A DNA stretch of 64,000 nt from Phoronis australis. Lineage: Eukaryota; Animalia; Phoronida. The notes under the pieces were generated by a model. The model had not been told where the DNA came from, did not search any database, and saw nothing but the letters and a program-made list of their open reading frames with translations. Below are positions 12,576 to 26,049 of the stretch, piece by piece; position 1 is the stretch's first letter; each line of letters starts with the position of its first letter. A program made the translations under genes and the position numbers. Location: contig NMRA01000382.1 of the NCBI GenBank assembly GCA_002633005.1, positions 124,001 through 188,000 of the forward strand. Reading direction: 5' to 3'.

Positions 12576-14090
12576 AACAAGAGCAACACAGGGTGTTGAA
12601 ATGCGCCCACGAATGCATCGCATATGGTGTGCTTTTAGGGTTCTTTATTTGTGTCATAAAAATGGCCACTAGATGGCGCAAAATCATAAAATCCATCAGA
12701 AAATGGGAAAATGTAATTGCTTCTTAAATAGAAAGCTACACAACAAATTTCATAGAAATCTGTCACCGAACTTCAGAGAAACCAAAGAAAACAGAAAAAA
12801 ATGAAATTGCCACTAGGGGGCACACTGTTCATAGGATCTGCCTTAAAGTCGTCATTGGCTGTTGTTAGCTTCATATAAATACAGTTACTAATCAAATTTA
12901 ATAATGATGTTGCAGTTGGTTTAAGAGATACAGCTATGGGTGCAAAACGAAACTACCACTAGCAGGCACCAATTTTAAAAATCATCCTTAGAATGATTTG
13001 GTTGAAAGACGCTGGGATAGATGCCAAAAACAGAGAGAAAACAGCAAAACTGGCCACTACGTGGCGCTAAAATACCTTGATTCCACCCGAAAACAGGAGG
13101 ATAGCGTCATCTCATCAATAGGTGCCCGTATTCAAAATTTTATGAAAATCAGTTGAGTACCTGTGAAGATACAGATGTAAACTTAAATCTAAAATTGGCA
13201 CCAGGGGACACGCCAGTAGTCAGATCCATTCGAAAATTGTCGTCGTCCGTTGTCAACGTCATACTTGTATAAACACACTTGTTAACCTTACTAAAGATCC
13301 TGCAAACAGTTTGGGAGATACAGTCATGGGCGTAAAAAATGAAACTGCCACTAGGAGGAGTCAGAGTAGTAGAAATCATCGGAAAATCGTTGTCAGCCGC
13401 CCACTTCATGTAAAAACGTATATGGCAATTTTCATAATTATCCTGAAAGCGATTTGGTTGATAGAGGGGTGGACGCCAAAAAGCAGACTCGAAAAGTGTA
13501 AAAATGGCCAATACGTGACGCAAAATACCTCAAATCCGTCCGAAAACTAGAAGATAGTGTCATCTCACTAATAGACGACTATATCCCAAATTTTATGAAA
13601 ATGTGTCGAGGACCTTTAAAGATATAGAGGTAAATGTAAAAAACTAAAATTGCCACTAGGCGAAGCACCAGATCCTGCAAACGGTTCAGGAGAATCAGCC
13701 ATGGGCGCAAAAAACTGCCACTAGTAGGCGCCACAGTATTCGAAGTCGTCGGAAAATCAACGTCAGCCATTCTTTTCATAGTAAGAACGTACATGCCAAT
13801 TTTCACAATCACCCTTCGAGCGGTTTGGTTAAAAGAGCAATGAACGTCAAAAAACAGACTCGAAAACAGTAAAAATGGCCACTAGATGGCGCAGACTACG
13901 TTGAATCCATCCGAGAACGAGAGGTTAGTGTCATCTCGCTAATAGATGCCTATATTCCAAATTTTGAGAAAATACGTTGAGGACCTCCGAAGATACAGAG
14001 GTGAGCGTAAAAAGTAAAATTGCCACTAGGGGGGAAAACCCGTATTCAGAGAGGTCCAAAATCTGCCGTCAACCATCGTCAGCTTGTTTA
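12576..14090 (+). repeat. Helentron/HINE-like element with a central ~150-bp tandem array (ABC trimer) carrying CTCF-like motifs
   Basis: Starts AACAAGAG. GCCACTAG(R)(K)GGCRC-type motif at 12664, 12808, 12954, 13052, 13196, 13346, 13506, 13651, 13716, 13877 and 14021. Recurring CAAAATTTTATGAAAAT blocks. Confidence 0.7.
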
Positions 14091-16037
14091 AAACAGTTTG
14101 CCCTGCCCCCCATTTTGTGGAAACCATCGATCTTATCATTGAATCAGGTGTAGCTCAAGTAAAATAAAATATCTGCCCACCTTTAACATCAGAGAGGCTC
14201 TAAGTCCAAGGCAAGGCTTGAGTTTGGAAAGCAAGTGGAAATGCAGTCAACAGAGAATATATGGAAGAACATAATGTATCGATTCCAATTGGGTCAGCTA
14301 AGCGTTTATGTACATGTAGGTGCAGGTCATCAATGCTCTATACCTGTTGATAACAAATTTATTATATTTGCTTTCTCAAGATACTGACGTTCGCCAGGAA
14401 GGACACAACCCTACATGAAGTAAAGTGACACTTGAGTACTAGAGTAATTTTAGTAACTTCTTCCAGTATTAGTAAACCATACTCTTTATCTCAGCATTTA
14501 GGATTTATCGAAATACATCCCATTTTATGGATATGCATGTGTAAGAAGTGGAAATTTGGTGTCCATTATCAAAATATTTAATCGAGCCCTTGTCTCCTAG
14601 CTGACACAAATTTCTCGTCTAATTCCCCTGTTCTAACTTCTGATTGGTCACAATTCTCTATCTGTATAGCCACAGATATATGAATTTCCACCATATGCAG
14701 TGGAAACCCATTACAGTGGGGCCTAATTTAACATGGCTAAAGTAATAACACCGTTAGGGTCCCGAATATCTGAAGCATTCATCTTCAGGAATAAGACTGG
14801 GGAAAACATTTGGGGATTCAAAATACAGCATTGTGTTACGAGTTATGTTATGCCTACTTTCCATAAATTTCTGTTGCAGGTCTTTGCGGAAATTGTAAGC
14901 GTTTACCAAAGTAGTTAGCCACTGTAGTTGAAAGAGTACTAGCAAGTAGTTAGTTAATGAATTGCAGTGTTGTTGCACAAAACCTTTTTATGGGATTCTT
15001 GGTTCCCGGATTAAGTGCGTGGCTATTTAATGATATCAAAACAGTAGTTGTGGTAGATTTTTATTTCAGTTGTATTGTGGTTGCTTATTAACCTCGTAGA
15101 CAAATAAAAACGCCGTGCATTCATCGGATTTTGCGTCTCGGAAGTTTCACTGCGCAATTTGTTAAGAATTACAGGAGTAGCTAACTACAAGGTTCGAACA
15201 TTGCTTCAAATATAAACAGTGCTGGTGGGCATGTAAACTGCAAATTGACTCAAAAACTGGTGACTGGCTCACAAATTCATCTGCTAGGAAACATTACTGA
15301 TGGACTGTAACACTGTCCTTGTATTTGCAGACAAAACACTCTGTGTGTATGCTGCATTTACTGTCTGTCAACCGTGTCTCTCAGTGGATCTGACCCCAAG
15401 AACTGTGGTTTTTGGGTGCATCAGTTATGTTTTGTGAGTTGGGGCCAGAGCTTGTGAGTCATTGGATAGCGTTAACAGACCTTGAACTATGTTTATGGTG
15501 AGGAACTATCAACATTTGAAAATTCCTGTGAGAGGGAAGGCTGCTTGTAATGAAACCTTAGGAACTCCAAGCACATGTAGGTCATAACAGGATTTTTATA
15601 GTTGCCCCGGGTTGCGTTAGTGGCCAATGAGGCAAACTTTGAAAGGTGAGTTTGGCTAAAAACATTGAAAATGCATTGTACACTGTATTCTTTTTAGCCT
15701 GAGAATCATGCAAAACATAAAATTTTCTCAATTAGCATCTTGACATGAAGAGTGTTGGATCTTGTCTTAACTTCATGGCATTTCGAAGCCGTGGCAATGC
15801 TAGTATTAAACTTGATGGTTTCCCAGGTTTTAGTAGTTCAGTTACATTTTGATTAATTGACAACACCTTTTGTTTTGAGTGCTCCTTGCACACACAAAGG
15901 GTTGCTTGCATGTGTGAGTGGCCATCTTACCAAGCTTTTTTGAGTGGTAAAAATAAATTCGTTCGGGAAAGGCTGTTTATGGAAAATATAATTCTTGGGT
16001 TTACGGATTAAGTTGCATATAATCGTAATGTTTACAG

Positions 16038-16560
16038 GTAAACTTTTCAAGTGGAGACGAGTGGGACCAACCATCATTCTGGTTGCCCACGCCTTTGCAA
16101 AAGATGCATAAGTCAAATCAGTTTCTCGGTGCTACATATGATAGACTAGTCAACCCTGTTAGGTCCCAGCTTCTAACTGACATCGATGAAATTGCCAAAA
16201 GGACCTAGCGTTGTTACAAACGAAAAGCCAGCGAAACATTATCTGTAACCCATGAATGTATTGCTCCTGGTCATAGTAATGTTCTGAAGAATGTCTTTCA
16301 AATAAGCAGATTAAACTTTTTTCCCGTTTAGCAGCATTCAATCGTTCCGGGAAACTCGCACAGTTTGATGCCTTTGAAATCAGAAGTATCGCTAAGGAAG
16401 ATCGTCAATTTGAACTGCGACAAAAGATTGTTGAGTCGATGGAATTGCCGCAGTAGCGCATTTCATGTATTCAAGATTAAGAAACATTTGAAATACAGTA
16501 TGTCAAAAGTAGTCAGACAAAATGCTATTTCCATTTCGAGACGTATCATTTGTGCTGAAT
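16038..16560 (+). pseudogene. Internally deleted DNA-transposase relic (Sola3-like, superfamily tentative)
   Basis: After a tttacag acceptor: ...NQFLGATYDRLVNPVRSQLLTDIDEIAKRT*RCYKRKASETLSVTHECIAPGHS, then after a frameshift QIKLFSRLAAFNRSGK...ELRQKIVESMELPQ. These resemble N- and C-terminal motifs (SPVRSQL..RT.RYY.RKA..IAPGQ; QI.SFFSRLAA) recalled from an invertebrate transposase family. Confidence 0.55.
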
Positions 16561-16796
16561 AAAAATGTCTCATTGTACACCTAATTTGCTCACATTTTGT
16601 AAACGTGACCACATTTGTTCTTTTCTATTTGCTTGATTTATGGCATGTACATGTAGTTTGCCTGTGTCAATATAGTATTTGTATTCTCTATATTACTTTG
16701 GTTCTTGTCTAATGTTTACCTATCTTAATAAGTAACGTATAACCTTCTCTGCTGGGTCTCTATGTCTAACATAATAAACAATAATTTAAATCGGGT

Positions 16797-16845
16797 CCAC
16801 TGGCCTCCACTGGCCTAAACTGGCCTCCATTGGCCTCCGCTTGCC
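16797..16845 (+). repeat. 10-bp tandem repeat (CCACTGGCCT) x ~5
   Basis: CCACTGGCCT CCACTGGCCT AAACTGGCCT CCATTGGCCT CCGCTTGCC. Confidence 0.85.
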
Positions 16846-17076
16846 GAACTTTGTTCCAAAATCTTTTTGCAGCATTAGTCCAGTTCACCCAATATAAAGT
16901 CTGAGTGTCTGTGTATTTTATTTTCGTTTGCTGCACATGCATTGTCCTATGATTTTTCGATGAAGTAGCTGACACTATAGGTATTAGTCTCGAGACTTCT
17001 GAACTTTTAGAGTCTGACTGATGGTAAGCACCAAACACCATTGCAAACCCATCAGTGGGCATTTTTACATACTAAA

Positions 17077-17356
17077 CTCGGGCGGATCCAGGATTTTGTG
17101 TTTTGTGCAGGGCATAGGATTGACCAGAATTTCGCCACATGCGCGCGCCCACTCTAAAAGATAGCGATGCAGGGGTCTCGAATTTTTGGGTATGTGGACC
17201 CTATTACTAAAAATGGCAAACGTGGTTTGTTCAAGGCCTATGCNCCTGGGTGCACGCATATGCAAGTCAGCAATTCACACCTCAAACTGTCAAAGGAACT
17301 CCGGGAGAATCTTAGGGGGGCATGCCCCCCTTGGCCCCTCCCTAAATCTGCCACTG
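17077..17356 (+). mobile_element. hAT-like MITE (CAGGGGCGGATCCAG-type termini)
   Basis: Ends CTCGGGCGGATCCAGG / CCTAAATCTGCCACTG with internal G/C-run hairpin. No TSD recognisable. An internal part resembles ~41100-41312. Confidence 0.55.
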
Positions 17357-18339
17357 AAAATGTGGTAAATGCAAAAAACAGAAATAATTTTCCGCTATCT
17401 TGCATGTGAAATATTCGGTTTGCTGTGTTTTTTGATAAAAATGTATACGAACCTTCCGCAAATACATCTACATGCATGCGTTGTGGGTAAAAACAAAAAA
17501 TGTTGGAATCCATAATGCGCGAATATTCAGACATCCATATGGATATCTGGGCGTCACTGTTTCGGGACTTTCCCGACTGACAAGCGTAAAAAATTATTAA
17601 ACAACGCAAATTCCACCGGTAGTCCATTGTCCTCATAACATCAGTTTTCTAACCTCATTTCACAGCATCTATCCCATACCGTTTCAATATATTTCTTTTT
17701 ATGACTAACTACATGTACTCTGCTGTCTGAGTTCTTCATGTTTGGTGATATATAGCTGTGCATTTGTCTCCTTCCAACCCAACACGCTTATTATTGTTTC
17801 TTTATGAAATTCCTTGAATTCAGATGTGTCCGGACGCGATCAACCGACTTCGAAAAAAATAGAAAATTTAATTACAATCAGACTCATACATTAAAATTTC
17901 AGATTTCGAGTTCGCAGTAATTTATCACTGAAGACTTACTTTCTAGATTTTTTACTCAACCATAATGCATTATGAAACGATGATTTTATGCACATGCTAT
18001 TGGCAGTGTTATCGTCCGTGTCAAAGGAAATCAACGTGCTTTGTTATGCTTCTCATTCTTTTCTGTCAAGTAACCTTTCTAGTTTCCTTATTAAATATGC
18101 AATTGATTTGGTCGAAAGCCTATTTTAAGATTTCAAAAGTGTTTTTTGAATCCTCGTTCGCACGGTAAGTTCGCAAATGGTGCCAAAATGTAGCTGGCTT
18201 GAAATTGGCAGAAAAACAACACGCTCCATAGCAACCACAAGGTGGCACACACAAAAAAAAATAATGTGGGTATGAAGGTTGGGGAATCATCAAACATCAT
18301 GCAAACAATCTAGGAAATCCGTGACATAGCCTTTATCAC

Positions 18340-20775
18340 TTTTTGTCTGGAAAGAAATCGGTGACATTACTCCACAGATGGAAACTATTCTTGGCAGTAA
18401 TGTATACCGTTAAACGCTGACAGTTTTATGTATATATGGCCAAGCTCGTACATGTACGTTATGCAAACACATCAAAGGCTGTTTATAGAGAATTGGTCTT
18501 CACAAACATCACCCAGAACTGAACTGCATTGATTTTAAGGGTTTACCAGCTCACGGTAACTGTTTATATAGTTACCTAAATTGTTACTGTCAGCTCTTTT
18601 GTCAGCCAAAACCACAGCATTATATTAACGGCCATCTCTGTTTCGTCTTCTTTATTCAACAGATTCAAACCAAACTGCTGCTTTTGGAGGTGTTGATCAC
18701 GGAAATCAACTTAGGCCCATCACCCAGATGCATCTCATCAGCCTTGGTGGCATTATTGTCTACTGGAAACTTTAGTATGCGTAAGTTGGGTACCGTCTTG
18801 GAAATTCATTTTTGTTTTCACCAATATCATTTGTCTTTCTAAGACGGCACTTTGGCGAAAACATCTACTATCCGGGTATACAGCTAATTTTCATCAGAAT
18901 TCATTGAGCGTCGTTGATTGTCGCGTTCAAACCTGTTCAGTGGGAATACACACCTGTTTCACGTGACAGATTGTCATGCCTATAGTTGTCGTTTCTCTTG
19001 GAAAAAAAAATGGTCCTTTTTCAATAGTGCAGGTAATCATTGACCCCTTGACACCCCAAAGTTTAAACTGCAACTACGGTATGCTTATTGACACCTTTGG
19101 TTGAGGAATCATGTCCATGGTGACATGGAAATGGAAGATACTTCTTTATGAGTGATCAACCCCTGCTCAACCTACCTTTTAAAAAACGTCCTGTGGAATG
19201 GATATGTACTCCATAAGCAATGCCAACACATGACCCATCTTTTTATTGATGATAATTAACGTGATAAACATACTAAACTATCATATGAAACGAAAGTGGT
19301 TCTCTGACACAGAAATAGTATTCAGCCTGCTCACCAGGAATTTTTGCACTCAGGTCGTAAATATTTTGAACTTCTTGTTTACTTTCAGGATGTCGATCCC
19401 TCATCTGCTCGTTTTTTGTTGATTTATCTCTCACAAGGGAAATCGCATGTCCTTATTTCATATGGAAGAAGTACACTTAGGATACTCCCTTACACTTGTA
19501 TGGAAAGTGCGAGCTTTAACTTCAAGTGACCTTAAGCATCTGACTATGAGTGTATGCGTGTATGCATTGCAAGAGGCATAACGAGATTAGAAAGTCTGGG
19601 GTAACCACAAAGTTTTTTCTTCGCGCGTACAGGAGTACATGTATTTCAAGCATCATGAATTTGAGGGTTTTTCTGTAAATCTCTTCACACGGGGATGTGA
19701 GTTACTCTGTACTAGACCTTGCGAAATGGTACTTCCGTAAAGGTATTGTAAGAGCTTTCGCATTCCACGCCTCTTTTGCCACGTACATGTATTGCGCGCA
19801 GTAACTTACTCATAACGTTCACACGTAAGAAGGGAGAAAATGCCAATATCCTCCGTCCTTTAATCTCGTCACACCTTAGGGGCCAGTTCTTAGAAAATGC
19901 TGCTGCATGTTGCATTCAGCTCTAATTCAAAACTCTCTGACCGGATGGTAATTGATTGTTCTATTTTGAGATTCTGTATTTTTTGTGTCTCATATAGCAG
20001 CCAGTGGATATCTGTCTTTTGACTTGGAGGTCTTGGCAGATTTAATGGCTATAAGCTTTAGCCGGTGCCGTTGAACCAGGCTAAGTCATTCATAAATTTA
20101 TTTTAGCCAAACGTTACGCAAAAGCAAACCTATAGCCTTCGATTCACGGAACACACTGTCAACGCGCGGACAATTCCAACAGTGCCAGTTTGAAAAAAGT
20201 TTAATACCGAATAACTATCGCAGTTCTTATTCGTAATATGTGTTTCAGGTGAATGTCTGGGATGGATCCTTGAAGCCAAAGCAAACAACGGAATGAAATT
20301 TACTTTTCTTATCGACTGTAACCAAGTAAAGTCAATAACATTTATGTCGATACAGACTTGTTGTTTCTATCAGAACTTTGTTGGTTGCAACTTACTGCAA
20401 AGCCTGAGAAGCAATTGTAAGTTTTAATAAAATTGGTCTTATAATTGTCATCATCGTGATAGGATTTGATCTCCACAACCATCTCCGAGTCAAATGCAAC
20501 GCGTTTATTCTAAACCGTAAGTTGCAATTTTATGATTTTCCAACTGCTGCTCCCTAACAGGTTTTCTTGGGTCGTTGACGGTATCAACTACTTTATTGGT
20601 ACGGGTAAGGAATATTTTACATTTTTTTCGTGAGAGTGAATTACCTTAAGCCATAGTAATAATTAAGATAACAAAGCGCCAATGCATCTTTATCGACCAG
20701 TAGTTTACTCAAAATTCCTGCAACTTTACGTTTCAGTTTTTTTTTTGCTAAACAGGTTGACCCAATACATCAAGG
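18340..20775 (+). repeat. 2.4 kb dispersed repeat / local duplication, copy 1
   Basis: Collinear with ~26050-28410 throughout (e.g. GGCAGTAATGTA.CCGTTAAACGCTG, CATGTCCATGGTGACATGGA, GTCGATACAGACTTGT, CATCTCCGAGTCAAA). Roughly 75-80% identity by eye. Confidence 0.88.
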
Positions 20776-22239
20776 TTATTTCTGACTACGGGAATTCTAA
20801 TGCATTTTCAAGCTTTCCCTCATCTATAAACTGTGTTTACATCACTGACATTCCACTTTCTCTTCTCCCTCAAATATGCACATCACACATAACGTTTGCG
20901 TCTAAAGTTAGTGATCGACAGACTTATGGGTGTATTGCGATACATGTTTGAGTAAAAAGCGGAATCAACATTGAGGAATGCGCAAACACCCCCAAGGTAC
21001 ATAATTGGAGAGACGTATCATTGTCCACAACACGTCCACTGGGCAGCTGGCCGGATGTTCTGATGCTGTCGCGCTCCCAGGGCAGTTTCTTGCACCGTCA
21101 TATCCGGTTCTTTAGTTTGGTCGACGTTTTCTTACAGGGATACTTATTTCCAGCTGTCATTGATTACGGATCCCTGAAAATAATTATTTTGGACTCTGTA
21201 TATAGATGGTTATGTCTTAAGCCTGGAATTATTCTCCACTTTACCATTCACGGTACTGTACGTGACATGTCTATGCCCGTAATTTCGATCCTGATGGAAA
21301 TGATTAAAAGAACACCTACTTGGATACCCCAGACCCTCTCGACCAACGATCACATTGCCCTACTCCATCTGACCCACGGCCACAACCCCATCGACCAAGG
21401 CTACACAAAGTCAACTCCATCTGAACATGGAACAAGAGCTGACTGGAAGGACCAACGAGTCGGGCTGTTAGATCAACTGAGCTTTTTTCTGTTATTTTCC
21501 AATGGAGAGAATCGATTCGGTATGTTTGGAAACCAGAACCAGACAAAAAGCAACGCCACCAATTAGAACCAAAGACCTACCATCCTTAAAAATAGCGTTA
21601 AAGGTGAAGAGTAATCGCCATTCCTGGTTATCAAAAATGATAGATTAAAGCTTGTTGGGAGGGTGCGAGAAACCGATGAATACCTAGTTTCTTCAGTTTG
21701 AAAGTACTACTAAAATATGTCGTTGCATGGAATATATTGTAAACGAGTATGCAACAGAAAACAACTCGTAAAAATGTTACATTATGTGCTTCCACGTGAA
21801 AGCACTCTCTGCCTAAATTTAGTAGAACGGGGCCATTGCAAGACGTTCGCGAAACTAATCAGCGGCTGATAACAGGGGGCCAACGGAGTAATGGCCCCTT
21901 AAAGTGCTTCGATATTCCATTTCCACTTAGAACGAGCGATTTTTGAAGTGAAAATTCATGTCTAATACTCAACCCTGCCCCCTCTCTAACTAAAAGCCTG
22001 GATCCTCCCCTGCTATTTCCGTTACGACGTTATCAAGCTAATCATTCGCTATTTAAGAACATATTATGAACAAACGTTTTCTTTTAACCACCAGATATTC
22101 GTTTAAATATATTGTTTTATTCTTTCGAAAAGGACGGCGAGTCCATATTTGGACAATACGTGTTAATTAATGTTATCCTTGTCTCATCAATATTAGTATC
22201 CATCATTAGTTTATTACCATTGTAGTCTTGCATAATGTT

Positions 22240-22373
22240 ACGTAGTAAAGTGTGTTTCCTGTAGGCAATAAATGGAGTACTGATTTTCTCCTAGATAATT
22301 GAGAACATCTTTTTTGTTTTTCATGGACTAACAGCCCTTTCAATGAGTTTACCATATGCTCACCTGTCATCAT
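22240..22373 (-). pseudogene. L1/Tx1 LINE ORF2 endonuclease N-terminal relic
   Basis: With one frameshift: NSLKGLLVHEKQK-DVLNYLGENQYSIYCLQETHFT, the APE start motif N.RGL...KR.DV..YL.....I.CLQETH. Confidence 0.72.
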
Positions 22374-24785
22374 TTCACGGTTATGCACATATATCAAATG
22401 GCAACCAAATAGCAATGGTAAAATCCTGACTCATTCACACCACATGGAAACAGGGCAAAAGAAAACAAAAACAATACAATCACATGCACAAGCACATCAT
22501 AGATTTCACAGAGTACAACATCGATGTGAAACATGATGTAACACGGGATAGAAAACAGATGAAAACTGATCCTCATAGTAAGGTTTATTCTCCCAGTATT
22601 TTTGATAATGAAGCCATAATAAAAAAATAGAAATATTGCCCATACGATCTCATACAAAAACAAGTAGAAAAAACTTAAGGACAACTACATTTCAATAAAG
22701 TGATTTGGCTCTATAGTATGCGTCTGGATCTTGTCGGGACACCAGCTCTGAGCAAGATAAATAACAAGGTTGCCTGTACTCCGTGCCTACACGCAATACA
22801 GATCTCTCTCATAAATAGCCCCAAGATAGATTGCCCAGCATGAAGCTTTATGACGTTATTTTGGCATTTAGTTCTGTTTGTAATACTTACCAAAGAAGTA
22901 ATGGGTTCTGAAATCTTCCTCATAAAGAATAAGGTACAGGTGTCTAAGCCAAGGTCTATAAGGAACAACTAACCAGAAACCTCTTTATTTGCGACAAAGA
23001 GGAGCTACCCAGGCTTTTTCTAGGGACCATGTCACAGAACAGCCGTTAGGAAATGAGCTCGAAAATAAATGAGTGATCACAAAAAACTGTTATTATCTTA
23101 CCCATGGTGGTTAAACAATTCACGAATCAAATTCCATTGATACTAATGTCAATACCCATAATGCACTGCAAGACCGCCACTGCTTCGAAATGTGGCTATT
23201 CGGAAAATTCTCCTCGCGATGTCGCTGCTATACTAGTGGTGTTTGAATTGTGTTGCGTCGCTATAATAGTAAGAATTAAAATTCGACACGTAAATGGCGA
23301 TGACATGTGAAACCACCATGCGATTTTGATATGTTTTTTTCCATTTTTTTGTGTTTCAGGCACCGATGGTTTCCTGTGATTAGGATTTTGCTTTCAAAGC
23401 CAAAAAAGTTCGCTTCATTTGGTCTCCCAACTGTTAATTCAAAGGTATCAGCTTAATCCACTTGAAATAGTGCACTAATTGAAATATTTCAATAAAAACC
23501 ACATGGATCATTTATGTCAATTTAAGCTGAATGTAAAAGGTGATCCATAGAGTGATGTTTGATTTATTATTATTTTCTAGAGGAATGGCTCGTAAAGGCT
23601 TTAGCCCAAACAGGTGGCGCTTTGCATCGATCGTGTTGTCTGTCTCGTTATTGCCAATAGTTGTCAGTGCCTCCGTGCCAATGAAAAACTGCTGAATGAG
23701 GTAATTGCTAGGCTAAGGGGCAAAAAACGTTTGGACTAAGAAATCAATCACTTAAATGCACCACTGTCAACATTAACAGTTTGATTTTACCCACCTCTTT
23801 CAATCGACACTTAACTTTCGCCATCAGCATCGGGCTGAATGTGTTGTTCAACTCCAACATTGTTACATGTACGTGTCAGTAAGAGTAGCATGCCCAACAA
23901 CAGGTAATGAACACCATTCCTCATTCGTCCGTGCTTCAGACTGGCAAGGGTTTGAAACTGATGCCTTGCTTCCTTGATAAAGTTAGGTGATTTCACCTTT
24001 GAATAAACTTCTTCAATTTCAAACTGATGCCATGTCTTTAGGATGATCATAGGCAGTTGGTTGTCGTTAGATAAAAGCACTGTTTCATTAGTGATAAATG
24101 GAAGAAACCCTACTGAACGTTGTAATTTTTGATTATGCCAATTGAGAGATCTAACTCAACAAAAAAAGTTTAATTGAAGAAATGTTGTGTTTCAAATTCA
24201 ATTGAAGAGTGCATACCATAATACAAAGGGGTGTTTTATCTTTAGGACAGACTGTAAATGTAGTAATACTTTGGATGGACCTACATGTATGCTTAGGCAA
24301 ATTGATTTCCAAACTTCACTTTCACAGCCTTACATGTACATGTCCAACACAGCAGTATCGCTACGAAAACACCCCGTGGAATTAAAGCGAAGGTAGTTAA
24401 TTTTGATGCAAAATAGGTTGTCATGGACATCTTCTAGTAAAGGTTCTTCAGAATCAGTGGTCGCCAGCATGGTAACAAGAAGGAATGGGCAATTATCCTC
24501 GGTTCCCTATTGATAAGTGTCTACAGTTTACTAGCTCATGGCAAGGTAACGTCGCTATCAACACGGGCAGAATGACATGTCCTAATATAACAAGAGAATT
24601 TGGTGAGTCGAGAGGCCTGTTGGAAGAAGGGACTTGATGTGAAAACCTTTACAGTGACACGACATTGTTTTAGAGACAGTGGACAATCAAGTATGTTCCA
24701 GATATTTAGATAAGTATATTGAGGCTTATGGGATGGATAAAGGAAGCATCGAAGTGTTGCCAAAGAAAAAAATCCCAAGAACGAC

Positions 24786-25455
24786 CACTCGCATTCGTAA
24801 CGAAACTACGGTTAAATACAGGCTCTCCCGCGATATCCCAGGCGTAAGATGGGAATTTTAATCGAAGCCTTAGTGAATCACTCAGAAACTCGCAATACTC
24901 TCTTTGTCAAACCTTATGTTACGACGATTTCCAAAGCAATCCCGTCATTATTGCCAACACGAAAAACGGATTTGGTCTTTTGGGCATTTGAAGACTATTT
25001 TGAATACGACAAATTTATTAAGAATCGATGGCACAAAACGTGTAATAAGCATTACAAAAAGAAGTAGGTTTCGCGCGCAAACGCTGTGGACCAAAAACAA
25101 GTAGGTCTCTTAGTGTGAGATTAGTAGAGAAATCGTGGTGTTGTATTGGTAACGCACGCGCGCTCTATGCGCAAGGTTGTGTGTTCGAGTCTTTGGTACT
25201 TGCATTTTTTCCTGTTTGACACGTTCTCCGTATTTTTTTTTGCCTTTTTTTTCTTGGATAATACTTCAGGAATCAAGGAAAATACTTGATTTTTAGATGT
25301 AAAAACAGAAAAATGTCCTGGGCGGGGACAAACCCCCCTCCCGACCTCCCCCCATTCGATGCTATGCGCATCTACAATCGTGGTTCAGTTTGCGCAAATG
25401 TTTACAGCCGGACAAAATGTTGGGCCCCCCTTGTGATATCCTAGATCCGCCACTG
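24786..25455 (+). mobile_element. 5'-truncated copy of the hAT-like MITE at 39812-40777, with tRNA-like cassette
   Basis: Collinear with ~40016-40777 apart from a ~130 bp internal deletion. Ends ATATCCTAGATCCGCCACTG. Confidence 0.85.
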
Positions 25456-26049
25456 CTTAGTGGAAACCTCGGTGCTAGTAATGTAACTGAATCACAGCAG
25501 GATGCTCTCGAATTCAGATATTACAAAGCATTAGGTAAACGATGTCATAATATACACCTGGGAAGGACATCTCTGTGCACCTAAGGATACGTAGTCTTTC
25601 GTTGAGTAAAACAGACATGTTTGAGAATAATACTGTCAAATGTGGGAATTTGCTATCTAATGAAGGTCTTTGGACAGTGGGTTGCAACGAATTTAGCGAT
25701 TGTGGAAGACGCAACTTTAAAATTCATCCAAGAAGAAACAATGTCATCTACTAAGATTATACTGTGGTCGGTCCTGGGAATCGTATGACACTACATTAGA
25801 TATGCTTGGATGGAAAAGCGAAGGCAGCCACACCATTGGCAGACTTGCGTGTATTGACAAAGAGCCAGCCGACGAAATCATCAAGCCCAACTTTCATAAC
25901 CACGCTTTTGTAAGCTAAGCCGGGAAATTGGGTGTAGTCCGATCCCGTGAGTGTCGTACTTCACTCCGAAACTCAAGTTACGACGGAGGCAAAAAAGGAT
26001 ACCTTAGAATGAGTTTAATCGTATCGTTTGTGTGATGCAACTTTGCTTA

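Noticed and set aside
12660-14040. CRISPR-like regularly spaced repeats (also the AAAACTTAAGTTTT arrays)
   Set aside because: Intervening sequences are themselves homologous or irregular, there are no cas genes, and the context is eukaryotic.
21021-21566. 181-aa ORF
   Set aside because: Non-ATG start, no recognisable motif in any frame, no consistent splice sites.
22892-22956. Neat minus-strand exon-like unit (ag|...PWLRHLYLILYEEDFRTHYFF|gtaagt)
   Set aside because: Isolated, no partner exons or family recognised, and next to a LINE relic.
24849-25104. Similar short ORFs here and at 40237-40437
   Set aside because: The similarity comes from being copies of one MITE. Frames are not conserved between copies.
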